DNA of 60,229 bases from the NCBI GenBank assembly GCA_003427395.1, contig BFEA01000043.1:994330-1054558 (forward strand), written 5' to 3'. The stretch is from Chara braunii (Eukaryota > Plantae > Charophyceae). The notes beneath the pieces are model-generated. The model was not told where the DNA came from. It ran no database searches and was given only the letters and a program-made list of their open reading frames with translations. A program made the translations under genes and the position numbers. Each line of letters opens with the position of its first letter. The stretch's first letter is position 1. Below, one piece after another: positions 36,148-48,952 of the stretch.

Positions 36148-38352
36148 ACCTTGGATTTGGGCACCTCAGTTTGCCACTTTCTGCCCTCTCTGAGCTCATA
36201 GAAAAGATTATTTATTGTCGTAAATCGCTCCTCGCTTCCCGCAAAGCTTGGCATGCCCTTCAGAAAGCACATGCACAACATTGGTCAGAAAGGGGAAAAG
36301 AGGGGGAAATAAGAATTTGTAATTAAAAAGAACAAAAAACAATGCTTGAAAATTTTAAAAAATACTTTTTAAAATGTGCGTGTACATTTCTGTCCATTTC
36401 TGTCTTGGCCACTTCTGTCCCTAGCTAATAGTTCCCCAACACCTGACGCTTGTGATAAATGTGTGTGTACTGTTCCTCCGGGTTGTTTGCTGAGGAATTC
36501 CCGGCCTCAGTTTGCACTTTCAAGATTAAATGAAGCCCTGAGGGGCCTTTTTAAAAAAAAAAAAGAAATATTTTCAAATAGGAAAAAAAAGAAAAAAAAA
36601 GGGAAAAAAAAAACGATAAAGAAAAAGGAAAAGAAATATTTTTCAAAGAATGTTTAAAAGACTGAAAAAAACGTTAAAACTTAAAACAAACGCCAAAAAG
36701 TTGAGACTGCGCAGAGAAATGGCACCAGCCCTGCTAATTAAAAAGAACAAAAACAATGCTTCAAAAAATTAAAAATATTTTTAAAACAGATGTGGCCCTG
36801 TAAAAGAAATAATTTCCAAATAGGAAAAAAAAGAAAAAAAAAGGAAAAAGAAAAGAAGAAATGCTGTTTTCTTGGCTGCTCTCAATCGTCTATTTTCTGT
36901 AGTAATTATTAATATGTCCAGTCCCAATTCTTGTTAAGATTAAAATCAGTACGTACTTGGACTGAATTTTAGAATTGAATTGTATCTAAGAACTTAGTCT
37001 GCCTTTGGAAATAATCTTAGGGTCAATTGTAAAATTTTCGTGAATTGCCTTGGTGCATTTTCGAGATTTGCAGTTTATAGCCCGTAGTTCTTTGCCAATA
37101 GTGGTTCGACTTTAGAAACACGCCGGTGTTTTCTTGGGTAGGAAGGATATTATACTGTTATATATTTGCTTTGCAATAAAAGAAATATTTTCAAAGAATG
37201 TTTAAAAGACTTAAAAAAAGGTGAAAACTTAAAACAAACGCTTAAAGAGTATGCAGGGATGGGGCTCCGGGCTCCTGGTGGGGCAGGACAACCTGTCCTG
37301 TCGGCCCTGTTATTGAGTAATAATCTTGATTATGTAATTGCCTTGGGCACTGGGCCCTGTTAATGAAAGTGCAATTCCGGTTAAAAAAAAAAAAAAAAAC
37401 TGCACAGAGAAATGGCGAAGACGGACAGAGGAGCAGAGCATTTCAGACGAAAATGCCTCTTACGGCCCCCATAAGCATGCCCCTGTGATGAAGCTTTCTC
37501 AAAAAAAAAAAAAAAAAAAAAAAAACTGCTCCAAAAAATCATAGGAGATAGAAGGCCTTGCTCCACTGATCACTAAATGTGCAAAATGATTTCGTATTGT
37601 AAGGATTTTAGGCCTTGTTGGATATTTTGTTTGTAAATGGGTTGGTCCTTTCGTCAGGGCAGCGGTCTTGCATTGGCCATTTCTGCCTCTGGACATTCGG
37701 GTCAAACACCAGAACCAAAACTGGGTAATGGTCCCAGTAATTTTACCAGGTTGTTTGTGGAGGGATTCCGGGCCTCCCCTTTATTGGTGTAACAAAAATT
37801 GGGTTTTCTCTTGTAAAAAAAAAAAAAAAAAAAAAAGTGCAAAATGAGAATGAATATTCTGCTAGAACATACCATATTTTTTTGTCTTTTCTGCATGTGG
37901 TGAGTAGTAGAGAGAGGTCCGTAATCAAACATAACTCATCTCCAAGGTAGGTTATATAATCTAGCATGGTTAGAGATGCACACGGCCATCATGTCCAGGC
38001 ATTGGCTTTTTTTTTTGGTTTTTTTGTGGGGGGGGAGGGAGGTCTTGGGACCTATCACTATATATTGGCGTTGTACCAAAGGGATGGAAGTACAGAGATG
38101 CAGGCAGAGCTATGACACCAAAGCCCACCTACGGTGGGGCTGTGTACTGTATAAGGGCATACCCATACTGAGAGACCTTTCAGACTTAGTTCTTGACATA
38201 CGTGTGGTCAGGGACAGACGCTGGCGGCCGTAATTGCAGTCAGATACATCCAGATAAGTACTCGTGTGCTCTAAATGAATCTGGGGTTTGTGGGCAAGAC
38301 ACTGGAATTTCAAAGATTTCGCCCAAGCTGACTAGGCTTATAAATGAATGGC

Positions 38353-38386
<34 letters not shown>

Positions 38387-39513
38387 TGGCCTGCAGACGC
38401 TGGCAGGACACTGGGCCAAGCTGCACAACTACCCAACCCCCAACAGCCAACATTTCGCATGGATGGGGACTTATTTCGCATTCAGATACATTCAAAATGT
38501 CCGTCTTTGGTGAGTGGTGTGGCGAGGCCCACTGTAAGTGGAGCAGTGAGACCACAGCTCATCTATTGTCCGACAAGCTTTTTGTACTCGCCGGACAAAA
38601 GGCCTCACTCCACTACGGAACATTCCAAATGTATCTGGCTCTTTAGATGGTCTGAGTACATTCAATATGTTTGGTGAGTCCGTCTGTATCTGGATCACAG
38701 CCGGACCAGATACATTGCACCTTTTTTTTTTTTTTTTTTAAAGAAACTCCAGTCGGGGTTTGGCTTTAGGAGTTGATAAGGTGAGGTGAGATATCCAATC
38801 ATGCAATCACAGATAAAAAAAAAACAACAACCACCAAATGATTGAAGTCCAAGTCCAGCTTCAAGAGGTTTTTTTTTTTTTTTTTTTTTTTTTCCAGCTT
38901 CAGGAATTGGTAAGAGCATCCGCCTAACGTGCATCTCAGAGAGAGATAAATGTTTAGAAATTTGTAATTAGCGGATGAAAAACTCCGCACTAAAAAATAA
39001 AAAAAAATAAAAATAAAGTGATCCCTTTTAGAAAAATAAAATAGAAAAGTGACCCCTTTAAGGGAGGCTCCATCTATTATTGGTGGGGAGCATCACCTGC
39101 TGGAAACTGGGTCCAGGGTCCCTTTCACAAGTGGTTCATTGTAGAGATATACAAATGCATATTGAAGAGGTACTTAACTCTTTTAAAGTCTTTTTCTATT
39201 CTAAACAGCACAGGGTTGGCTACTATTCCCCGCCGGCCCCTGTACCAGTGGGGTCATAGCAAACCACCCTCCCTTTCTTTGCTTGCTGGCAGTCGTTCTT
39301 GTTTTAAACCACCAGTACTTGCCCCAACTATCGGCCGCGGGAAAAAATGGAGTATAAAAGTTTCCATCCCGATGAATTTGGGCGCTTCTGTTGTGGCCTT
39401 TATGTTTCCTAAAGTTGCGGCGTTAAAGCGCTGACTGAGCTACGATCGTTCCTACCGTCTTCCCCCAAACACAACGCACCCTTACTTTGGCTGTATCTGG
39501 CTGGAAATATAGC

Positions 39514-42500
39514 TTTTTTTTTTCTTCTTTTTTTTCTTTTTTTGAAGGCCCTTGTACAAGACCTCTATCCCAGTGGTGGTAAGAGAACCACCGGGATTGA
39601 GGCTTTGCCTGGCGGGTCGCTCCATCTATTGGTGGGGAGCATCACCTGCTGGAAACCGGGTCCAGCGTCCCTTGAATACATCTTTACAGACATGTACATC
39701 ATTGAAAGTGACGCCATTGTGCTGGAAATCGGGTCCAGCGTCCCATATCCAACCTTTTTCCTCCCTACCTAACCTGCGGCACGGTTGGGTATTGGGAGGA
39801 GAGCCACCGGGGGGCACCAGTGGAGTCTCCCTCCATCCCCTAGCCCCTGCCATCCACCTACTATCCTCATGGCGCCTATTATGATCGTGTACGGAGAGTG
39901 CACTGAGAGTCATGTGCTGAAAATTGGGCTCTTTTTCTGAGAGTGTACTTCTTTTCCAAAAGTGTAGATTATTGAAAAACATGACGCCATTAATTGCTGG
40001 AAACCGGGTCCAGTGTCACATATCCAACCTTTTCCTCCTTGCCTATCCTGTGGCATTGTCAGGGGGCATCCCCTACTATCCTCATGGCGTCGAAATGTGC
40101 ACAATCACTTCTCCATCTATGGGTGGGGAGCCTCCCTGCTGGAAACAAGGTCCAGCGTCCCACTAATACATCTTTAAAACATCTTTAACGAAAAAAGAAA
40201 CAAAAAAAGGGGGGGGGGGGTCTCCGATGGCATTTCACCCCTCCCACGGGCATCTTTCCAAAGATGGTGGGGGGGAAAGGGGTCCGTGAAATCATGGGCT
40301 GGTCGTAACAGTTCCCTCGAATCCACTTTTGTCCACTCATGGAAATGCAGTGAGTAGTCCCTTTCTAGATCCGAGTGTGCCAACTGATGATCCTGTCGTG
40401 AAGCCCGTCGCTGGTCTTGCTTGTCTCCTGCCCAGCTTACTTTCGCTACCCAGCCTTCCCGTTTCCCTCTCGGCCAGTCCTCGCAGAAACGGGAGATGAG
40501 TTTGTCAATATCCATCTTAGTGTTTGCCCGATTCAATTTTTCCGTCACAGTCTGCCATTGGGCCATGATCTCATACTGAATCAGAAGCCGTAGTTGCTCT
40601 GTGACTTCCCCATCTTCCACCCAGGCCCCTTCCAATTCCAGAATACATCTTCTCCACCATATTACCCACAGGACGGATCTCTTACCCAGGCAAAACATAT
40701 TATCCTCAAAGGTGTTACCCCGGAGCTGGGGGCAGTGTCCCAGTAGTATGGCTCTGCAGTCCCATGGCCATGATGCGCCTGGTACAACTCTGTCCCACCA
40801 CCGCCATAGCAAAATGGATAGGAAGATGTGTTCCACAGTTTCAAGGCGCATTTTGCCAGGGAAAGTCTGGAGGCACCTTTGGCACCAGGGGAGTGCTCTT
40901 CCTTGTTGTTCCAACTGCGTGTGGTCGATTAGCCAGTTGTTAGTCGACAGACATCGGTGGGCAATTTGCCACTGCAGGGAAGAGATTTTGGCTGGCCTCT
41001 TTCCATATTCTTTGAACCATTGGATGGGCTTGAGCAGACTCCTGTCTATATTGAGGTGGCGTTGCCATCTATCCTCTACCACATCCTTTAGTCTGCGCCT
41101 AGGCCTAAGCATTCGATACACTGTCTTGGTTTTTAGTGAAGCTAGTGCCACCGGTTTCACCTTCCCTCCTTTTTTCGAGGTGTTTCGGTCCTTCCACGAC
41201 CATTTCCACTCATCAGGGTCGAACGGGAGCTCCTCAATCGGGGTCATTGGTCTAAAAACCTTCCATCCTTTCTCCTCCCCTATCACTCTGATTCGATAGA
41301 TGTCTCCCTTTTCTTTCCAGATAAAAGGCTGACAGCTCCCTTGTAGGTGGTCCTTACCTGTGACGTCAAAGCGTTCGATCAACACTTGGTCTTGGTCAAC
41401 CATATGCAATCGGCCGACTTGCATTTCCTGACCCGATACACCCGCCCAGTCCCCTTCTTCTAGGCAGGCGCCCCTTCGTATACCATTGAAGGGGAAAGCT
41501 TTCAATAAGTTCATCCATTGCTGATTCTGTTTGGTGGCAATAAAGTAGACAACTTCGCATTCTTTCTGGACTCTTCCATTCGCAGGCTGTCACATCCCAA
41601 AGGTCTCCCACTCTTCGGACCCCGTGTTTCACCCAACCTTTACATGGGGAATCCGAGCTGCACCTCACCCTACCGAGGGAGTCCGTAATTAGGCTATTAC
41701 CAAATAGGGGTTGTGATAAGCTCAGACCCGTACCGCGCGGCTTGCCGTATCCCTGAGGAAAAATCCCCCGGAAGCCCCGAAGTACGGATGCGAACAAAAA
41801 GGGTTTTTTCTTTCTTTTTGCTTTTGTTTTCTTTTTGAAACGGCTTTTTCATTTTTTTGGCTAATAACTCTCGCGCGGGCGAATAGCGGCCGCGGTATGA
41901 AAACCAAGAAACGGTTTCGGTTGGGACTTTTTGAATTTTTGCGTGTGCGCGCCTAAGCTCCGATTTCTTTGCGCGTCTCGCACCCCCGTTTCTTGCTTTG
42001 CATCCCCGCGCCATCTTCCTTTTTTGCTGCGCGTGTTTCCCCCATGCAGGACTCTTCGTCTTCCCCTACGCCCAACTTGATCCTTACCCCGTCTTCCTCC
42101 GCGAAGTGATTGGCTGCGTAGTTGGGATGCTCGGATCAATGTGGAGAGAGGGAAACCGCGCACCACTTGAACGAACACCCCAATCACGTAGGAGCATGCA
42201 ATCCCGCGGGTCGAACCCTCTAACTCCCTACCTTTCTTCTGTCCTGCTCATCTACACCCTGCGCTGCCCGCACCTCGCGCTGACAACCCGCCGCCTCCCG
42301 TGCTATAAATTCGCGCAACCCTCTCCTCTCCCTCTCTTTGATCTCGGCTGCAATGCTGCGCGAGCTACGCGCGAAGTCCGCGACGCCGAACAGGCTCGAC
42401 GAGCCCAAGGACGGGTGGAGTGACGACGCGGGGTGGACCCGCGGTAGACTCAGGGCGAAGCAGTCGGAGGGACTGAGCAGTGGTGGGGATTAGTCGCCGG

Positions 42501-44130
42501 CCACGACAGGGCCTTGTGGCTATGGTGGTCGGTGGTCTTGGGAAGTTTTGAAGGCTGTGCCTGGGGGCGGCAGTTAATTGAGAATTTTTGTGCACAAGAA
42601 GGACTCGTTTTTATCTCCATTGGTGCTTTGTCTATGCATGACGTGTGTGTGAGGCCCCGAGTGACGGGAGCTTGTTGTGTGCATGAGTGATGTCAAGGGT
42701 CTATGGATGATTAGATGTCCTGTCAAGGGTTGTTGAATGCGTACATGTATGTGTGTATGTACTTATCCGGGCGGGGACGGGGGAATTGAATGGGATCACC
42801 GTCTGCTTCAGAGTATGAGTGTGTTAACCCCGTTGTCCCCCTCCCTTCCGCGGCCCTTTTTTGCACGCACGCGCAGTCTCGGTGTATATTTCTTCCTTCC
42901 TTCCGTTTGAGGTTGTAGTCGTCCTTTTTGGAGCTTCTCGTCCCCGCACCGGTGCGGTCAACCGCCTGCGTCCATGCTCGCGGTCGACGTCCCCGCAAAG
43001 GGGAAGAGAGCTTAGATTTCGCCATCTTCTCCCGACGCACTAACCTTGAGAGAGAAGGGTTGCATCGAGTGTTGTATGGAGTCGGTGTTGGTTCGGATGA
43101 CCGGGAGCGCGGGATCTTGCCCGTGTTCATCGCGCACCTTCGATCGCCTCATCTCGCTACCGACCTTCCCCATCGTAGATGACGACAGCGTCTACTACGA
43201 TGTGGACGTACGACGCGTGCTGAGCCGGACGGAGCAAGCGTGTTGGCGAGACCCGCCTCGGGCGTGCAATATAAGGGGGAACGGGTTTGTCTTGATTGAT
43301 CGCTTTGATTCCCCGACTCTAATATTGCCTTATACGGGTTTGACTGTGTTGCCCTAGTCGGCCACTCATGCCACGTGGCGGCCGCAGTTTGATTGTTGCT
43401 GGTGTCGCCAGGGGGACTCGTGTTCTTGGCGACGCTTGGTCCTGGGTTACGAGGGAGCGACACGTTTCCCCGAGCTCTCCCGTAATGCGGGGGCGCTGCC
43501 CGCGCAATTTCGAATTCGGATGTCGGCGAGTCCTCCCGCCGCTTCACCCTCTCCGAAACTTCCACGCGGACTTTGCGATTCCGACGCCGAGGCTTGAAGG
43601 CCTCAAACCAACCACCTCTACAGCAAAAAACCGACGGTCCGGTCACTTTATGAGGCCGACGACGAGGCCCGAAGGCTTCGAACACACCACCTATCCCTCA
43701 AACCCATGACGGCCGGAGTTTCTGTCTTCCGCCGCCATGGCCCTCTCCCCTTGATGTCTTTTCTCGTCCTGATGCACGACGACAGTTCGTTTTTGCGGAA
43801 ACCCTTCTGATTTTATCGCTCCGAAGTGATCCGACCCCCACGGGACGTCGCGACGACAGTTCGACCCCGGGGTAACCTCTGGCACGAAACGAGAGCCTCC
43901 CGTTCCGTCCGGGAGACTCAACCCCTACGGCCAAAAATCCTCGGCCATGCCCCTCCTAGAACTCTGATCGGAGACCCGGTACGGGAAGCCGCGAGGGCGT
44001 GAGGTTGCGTATCACAGGGTTGCCTAAAGACTTCCTCCCACCTTTGTGGGGGTGAGCGATCAGGGATTGGGAGTTTCATCCATGTCCGAATGAGATGTAT
44101 CCAGTTTTCATCCACTGGGTCTCCATTCCT
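39514..44130 (-). mobile_element. 5'-truncated L1-clade LINE (ORF2 C-terminus + 3'UTR + poly(A)), interrupted by a solo LTR
   Basis: ORF 40174-41514 has a zf-RVT-like motif (WQIAHRCLSTN...CQRC...ETVEHIF) and LWVIWWRR. Upstream frames give GVRRVGDLWD and VFRQP|LFGN across the LTR. T-run from 39514. Confidence 0.85.
41712..44016 (+). mobile_element. Solo LTR (~2.3 kb) of an LTR retrotransposon
   Basis: Termini TGTGATA...TATCACA with a 4-bp TSD GGGT (41708-41711 / 44017-44020). Removing it plus one TSD rejoins the L1 frame EVFRQP-LFGNSLITD. TATA-like TATAAAT at ~42304; no convincing coding. Confidence 0.8.
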
Positions 44131-44159
44131 GTGTGTTATGTTCGGGGGAAGACGGTACA

Positions 44160-44305
44160 CGCCTACTAGCTAACTGCTACTGGAAGTTCGTGTGGAAAAT
44201 TCACTACTGCTGCCTCATCCCATGCAAACTGCTGAAGAAAGAAACCCTCTAGTTGTGTGATAAGGACTGCACCCCTGCATTCAAGAAATTGAAAAACTCC
44301 TTAAG
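44160..44305 (+). pseudogene. Degenerate Ty3/Gypsy RT thumb/connection fragment (left part at 39434-39454)
   Basis: TELRSFL at 39434-39454 plus LANCYWKFV...LLKKETL..DKDCTPAFKKLKNSL resembles the Gypsy motif ELRSFLGLANYYRKFV...LLKKE...W..DC..AF.KLK..L. Confidence 0.65.
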
Positions 44306-44807
44306 AGATCTGGGGATGCCTTGGGCCGGGCATTCAAAGGGAAAACCAAGGGTTGCTGTCGGGACAATGCTGGCCGGAGCTGGGGTGAGTTGTGTTGCCC
44401 TGTAAAAAAAAAAAAAAAAAAAAAAAAANNNNNNNNNNNNNNNNNNNNNNNNNNNNNNNNNNNNNNNNNNNNNNNNNNNNNNNNNNNNNNNNNNNNNNNN
44501 NNNNNNNNNNNNNNNNNNNNNNNNNNNNNNNNNNNNNNNNNNNNNNNNNNNNNNNNNNNNNNNNNNNNNNNNNNNNNNNNNNNNNNNNNNNNNNNNNNNN
44601 NNNNNNNNNNNNNNNNNNNNNNNNNNNNNNNNNNNNNNNNNNNNNNNNNNNNNNNNNNNNNNNNNNNNNNNNNNNNNNNNNNNNNNNNNNNNNNNNNNNN
44701 NNNNNNNNNNNNNNNNNNNNNNNNNNNNNNNNNNNNNNNNNNNNNNNNNNNNNNNNNNNNNNNNNNNNNNNNNNNNNNNNNNNAAAAAAAGAGTGAGTAC
44801 TCCACCC

Positions 44808-46497
44808 TTTTTTTTTTTTTTTAAGTGTCGTGTTGTATTTTTTGTTTTGTTCTGTTTTGTTTCTATGTATACCTGGCTGGGTTACACAGCGCTGTGTTAG
44901 CGCTGCATTAGCATCGCACTGTGGTTTCACCGGCTCTGAATTTTTTAACATTGCGGACGCCGGGAGTATTGTGGGGAGGGTAACTCCCCTTTGACCGAAT
45001 AGCGTTGTCTTGTCCCTCTCATGGTCCCTCCCTCTTGCCAGGTTGGCAGGCATGGGTGGGATTTGGACGACGCCCCCCATATCAGTACTATGAACAGGTC
45101 ACCTTGGTCACAGATACGGAGCCTCCATGAATACATCCCTGCTGCGTCAGCTTTAGTCGGGTGCTGCTGTTGGTGGAGGGATATTCACTCCATCAAGGTT
45201 TGCCGCGAACTGTGGGTGCAACTACGAGGTGTAGGTCCTCCATTCATGATGTGCAGAGCGGTAAGGTGTCGGCTACTCTTCCTGTGCTGGTGCTCTCCTC
45301 TGCAAAATATCCATCGCTAAGTTGGGTTTACTTTTTGAGGTGAATTTTATTAAGATCTTCTAAGTGTCAAGTGGAACACTTCTTGATGTTTTTTAGGTTT
45401 TCGTTAATTAGTCCTTAATTGGGAATTCATCTTGTGTTGAAGTATTAGTCATGATTACGGTTTCTGCTTTGTAGATAATTTTGTGTAGGGATGATTACGG
45501 TAATTATATCGGGTATACTTCAGGAATTTGTGTGGTTGTTTTTGCATATTGATAATATAGAATTAATCGAGACACAACCATGTGGTTGACTGAGTCTAGA
45601 CTGGTCAATGGACCTGCCATTTATAATTGGATGATATCCTGGAGATCATCCATAATGACAGGCTTGATGTTGCCCCCCCATCAAGCATGTCATTTTGGAC
45701 AATCTTCATCTGCAGCAGCCCGCAGTAGGCTTGCCTCCCTTCGTCGCCTTTTGACTGAAATTCCCTTTGGCTGTTGGATCGGAGAGAATGGGACATTCGG
45801 CTTATTGGAAATCTGCTTTGCTCAAAATTGGGTTTAATTTCTTGCGGTGATTTCTATTAAGATCTTTCAAGTGTTAAGTGGAAAACTTCTTGACGTTTTT
45901 TTAGGTTTTGGACACTTCTTGACGTTTTTTAGGTTTTGGTTAATTAGTCCTTAATTGGGAATTCATTTGGTGTTGAGTACTAGTCATGATTACGGTTTCT
46001 GCTTTGCAGATGATTTAGGGTTAGGGATGATTAGGGTACTTGTATCAGTGATTAGGTCAAGAATTTGTGTGGTTGATTTTTGTATATTGATAATATAGAA
46101 TTAATCCATACATTGGAATAGGATTAAACGGAAGGATTGTGGGAGTGGAACGGGGATGGCTGAGGTGGCGAGGAAGGTGGAGGGTGGGGAGAGTGCTGAC
46201 TCTGGGGTAAGTCGGGCTGGGGGGTGTGAGATCCTACGTCCCCTTTTTTTTTGTTTTTTGCGGATACATACTGGGAGAGAGCCGACGCAGATGATCTTTT
46301 CTTCTAATATCAGTCTTGTGGACCCTCCGTGGATGGGTGTGAAAAAACATCCATCTGATTGGACATGCCACTGATCATCATTGGCCGCCCAATTCTTCCA
46401 GACCAGTGACCCTGTTTCCCGCAGGTCAGCAATTTTCCTCTGCCACGGATCCAGCCAACTCTTTTGAAACAGATTGATTGCCCGAAACCTGGCGTCC
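44808..46497 (-). mobile_element. Probable LINE 3' fragment with long 3'UTR containing a ~270-bp direct repeat
   Basis: T-run at 44808-44822; repeat 45321-45567 / 45827-46105; Trp-rich C-terminal-like peptide DARFRAINLFQKSWLDPW. Confidence 0.45.
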
Positions 46498-46959
46498 TTT
46501 TTTTTTTTTTTTTTTTTTTTTTTTCCAGGACAAGACTCCAATCTATTCGTGGGGAGCAGCACGTGCTGGGAACCGGGCCCAGCGTCCCTGATCGAAATTT
46601 AAATAGAAATTTGAAAGTTTGAGATACCGGTGGTGGACGTCCCGAGTTCTTCCTTCAGTCTCTTGTAGACCTTTGCTATGTTCGATCTGATGGTTTCTAA
46701 TATTTCTGCTTTAGGGTCTCGCCACACCACTGTTGAAACAAAAAATGAACGAATGCATCTTCCCGCGGCGAAGGGCAAGGTGTATCTTTTACTATGAATA
46801 GCAATGGATGCATCTTACCACTTTCTGTGGCAGATGCATCTGCTCTCTCTTTTCCTTTCGACAGTGATGTGGCGAGGCCCTTCGCTTGTGGGGGAGCAAA
46901 GTTTCGCTCTCGTCGTTCAGCTGAGCAACACATCCTCCAAATGGCCATGAGGATGGCTA

Positions 46960-47158
46960 CCGTCTTCCCCCGAACATAACGCATATGCGTTGTAAACGAA
47001 TACAACACATAGGGTGCATTCTATTCGAATACAACATGTACGCGCTCTATTCGTATAGGCCCAATTTTTTAATATAACGCATATGTGTTCTATTCGATTT
47101 TTTTTCAAATTCGGAAACTCGAATACAACACATATGCTTTATGTTTGGGGGAAGAAGG
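46960..47158. mobile_element. Tc1/mariner-like MITE (long form, opposite orientation)
   Basis: TA|CCGTCTTCCCCCGAACATAACGC ... ATGTTTGGGGGAAGAAGG|TA. Confidence 0.78.
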
Positions 47159-47816
47159 TAGGCAGGTATGTTTAAACAGGTTACAATTGAAGGTCGACCA
47201 AGTTGAGGGATAGTCTACTGACCTTCCCAACAGGATTAAACGAATGTCCCATTGGAAAAAGCGAACGCCAAATACAAGGGGAGAGAGGACAACTACCAGG
47301 AAGGCCAGGTTTACGTAGCTCTTCTTTTTTTTTTTTTTTTTTTTTTTAATGGGAACAAGGCTCCAATCTATTCGTGGGGAGCAACACGTGCTGGGAACCG
47401 GACCCAGCCTCCCATATGGAAATATACATACAATTTTGAAAATTGGGATGCCGGGGCCATTACCCGGCTTTGGCTCAGAAAAAAATAGAGCTACTTAGAA
47501 AATAACCACGACAAACTTCCGTTCCAGAACTACTCAGAAACCCCCCTTCCATCCACTTTACCTTACTCCGGCAAGACTTACTGCAGCCGAGCCACCATCT
47601 CCGCTGCTGCTATACCCTATTCCCATCCTACCAGCTAGCCCCCTCGCTAGTAGGACGCGTGATACCCCACCATCTTCTTCCTCACTAACCTCGTTCTTTT
47701 TTGGCTCAAAAAGTTGGAACTACTTAGGAGATGACTACAACGGGCTTCAAGAATAGGCAAGATTCAAAATCCAACTCAGAAAAAAAGCAGTTGCCCGCAG
47801 ATAGGCTTTTTTCACA

Positions 47817-48072
47817 CTACGGTGTCACCCGAATAGAACACTCAGTCATTATAGCATTATCTAGACTGAATATTAGCTATAATGACAGGGTGTTCTATCG
47901 GGTAATGATGGCCATAATATCGCAACAGCGGAACAGCATTGTCTTCAGAAATAAATGGTCTTCTGATTTCGTCTTCCCCCCGAATAGAACACCAGGTCAT
48001 TGCAGCTGTATTTGGCCAACTTTCACTGTAGATACAGCAATGACGGCTGGCCATTCTATTCGGGTGAAGACA
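47817..48072. mobile_element. Two adjacent small fold-back MITEs related to the TA-CCGTCTTCCCCCGAA family
   Basis: CACCCGAATAGAACAC...GTGTTCTATCGGGT (47826-47903) and GTCTTCCCCCGAATAGAA...TTCTATTCGGGTGAAGAC (47971-48071). Confidence 0.55.
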
Positions 48073-48159
48073 AAAGTGGGTAAAAGAGGCATCAGGAAAG
48101 AGGTAAGGCATATAATTGTCCATGTATGTACAATCATAGGCACTTCAGGGCCCAAGCCT

Positions 48160-48304
48160 CACTAGCTGCGTTGAGTTTCCTGAACACACCCGAATCTGGA
48201 CGTGTTTGTGGAGATGTGCAGAAAATCGTGTCGAGTCTCCTCAACGGCACCTCTTCACCAATACGTCCAGATTGGGGCGTTCAGGAAATTCAACGCTGCT
48301 AGTG
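48160..48304. mobile_element. CACTA-ended fold-back mini-element (145 bp)
   Basis: CACTAG...CTAGTG termini with ~55-bp imperfect inverted arms (GCGTTGAGTTTCCTGAAC...AATCTGGACGT / ACGTCCAGATT...GTTCAGGAAATTCAACGC); no clear TSD. Confidence 0.55.
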
Positions 48305-48952
48305 GGACTTTTTTTTTTTCCTTCGGTAGAAGAAAACCCCTTGCTTGCTCATGAACAAAAAAAATTATAAGGCCGGGTCCTCACAATTTCCCGAAAAAGT
48401 CACCAAAAGCCAAAACCAAAGAAAAGGAATTTAACCCCATTCCGATCAAAACCAGCCTAGCCTATTCTCACTCAGCCAGGGCTATTTTGAGAACAGGAAG
48501 ACCCACCAATTCCTAAAAGACTTAGCCTAGCTATAAAGAAACAATCAAGCAGAGTACCAACCCAAACTAAGGAAATTGAAAAGCAAAGACCCTAAAACCT
48601 AAGATACTTCCGACAAACCCCTCCTTGAGTGTACCCGTTGTCCAAGAGTACACAGTAATAGTTGTCCTCTACCCCAACGTTCTTGTTGATACCCAGTGAC
48701 AACTATTGTATTTGGCTAAAACGCCTTAAGCACCATCCTAACCGCTACTGAACCTGGAGCGACCCAAAACATAAAGTTGTTTCAGCAGACTCCCATTCTC
48801 ATAGGTCGCTCCCTCCACCTTCCCAAATCCCCCAATACTGCCATCCTACTGCGGACTGGATAGCAACCGAGTGTTCAGGTTGAACGAGCATGTAGGAGCC
48901 ATGGACCCAGTATCAGTTGTCCCTGCGTTTTGATGGCTGCCAATTGATGTCT

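Larger units (their letters stand above)
39455..44155. mobile_element. TA-flanked Tc1/mariner(pogo)-like MITE split by the L1 insertion (halves 39455-39513 and 44131-44155)
   Basis: Left TA|CCGTCTTCCCCCAAACACAACGCAC and right GTTATGTTCGGGGGAAGACGG|TA match the intact copy at 22998-23103. Confidence 0.75.

Noticed and set aside
39618-39680. Superficial resemblance of the 3' motif to a SAM-I riboswitch or HDV ribozyme
   Set aside because: The required helices and core nucleotides (SAM-I P1/P3 core; HDV P1/P3/L3 order) cannot be mapped.
41201-41220. Minus-strand CTGATGAGTGGAAA resembling a minimal hammerhead core
   Set aside because: It lies in coding sequence (DPDEWK) with no supporting stems.
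40601-41299. 232-aa plus-strand ORF (and similar antisense ORFs over the L1s)
   Set aside because: Antisense shadow of LINE coding sequence.
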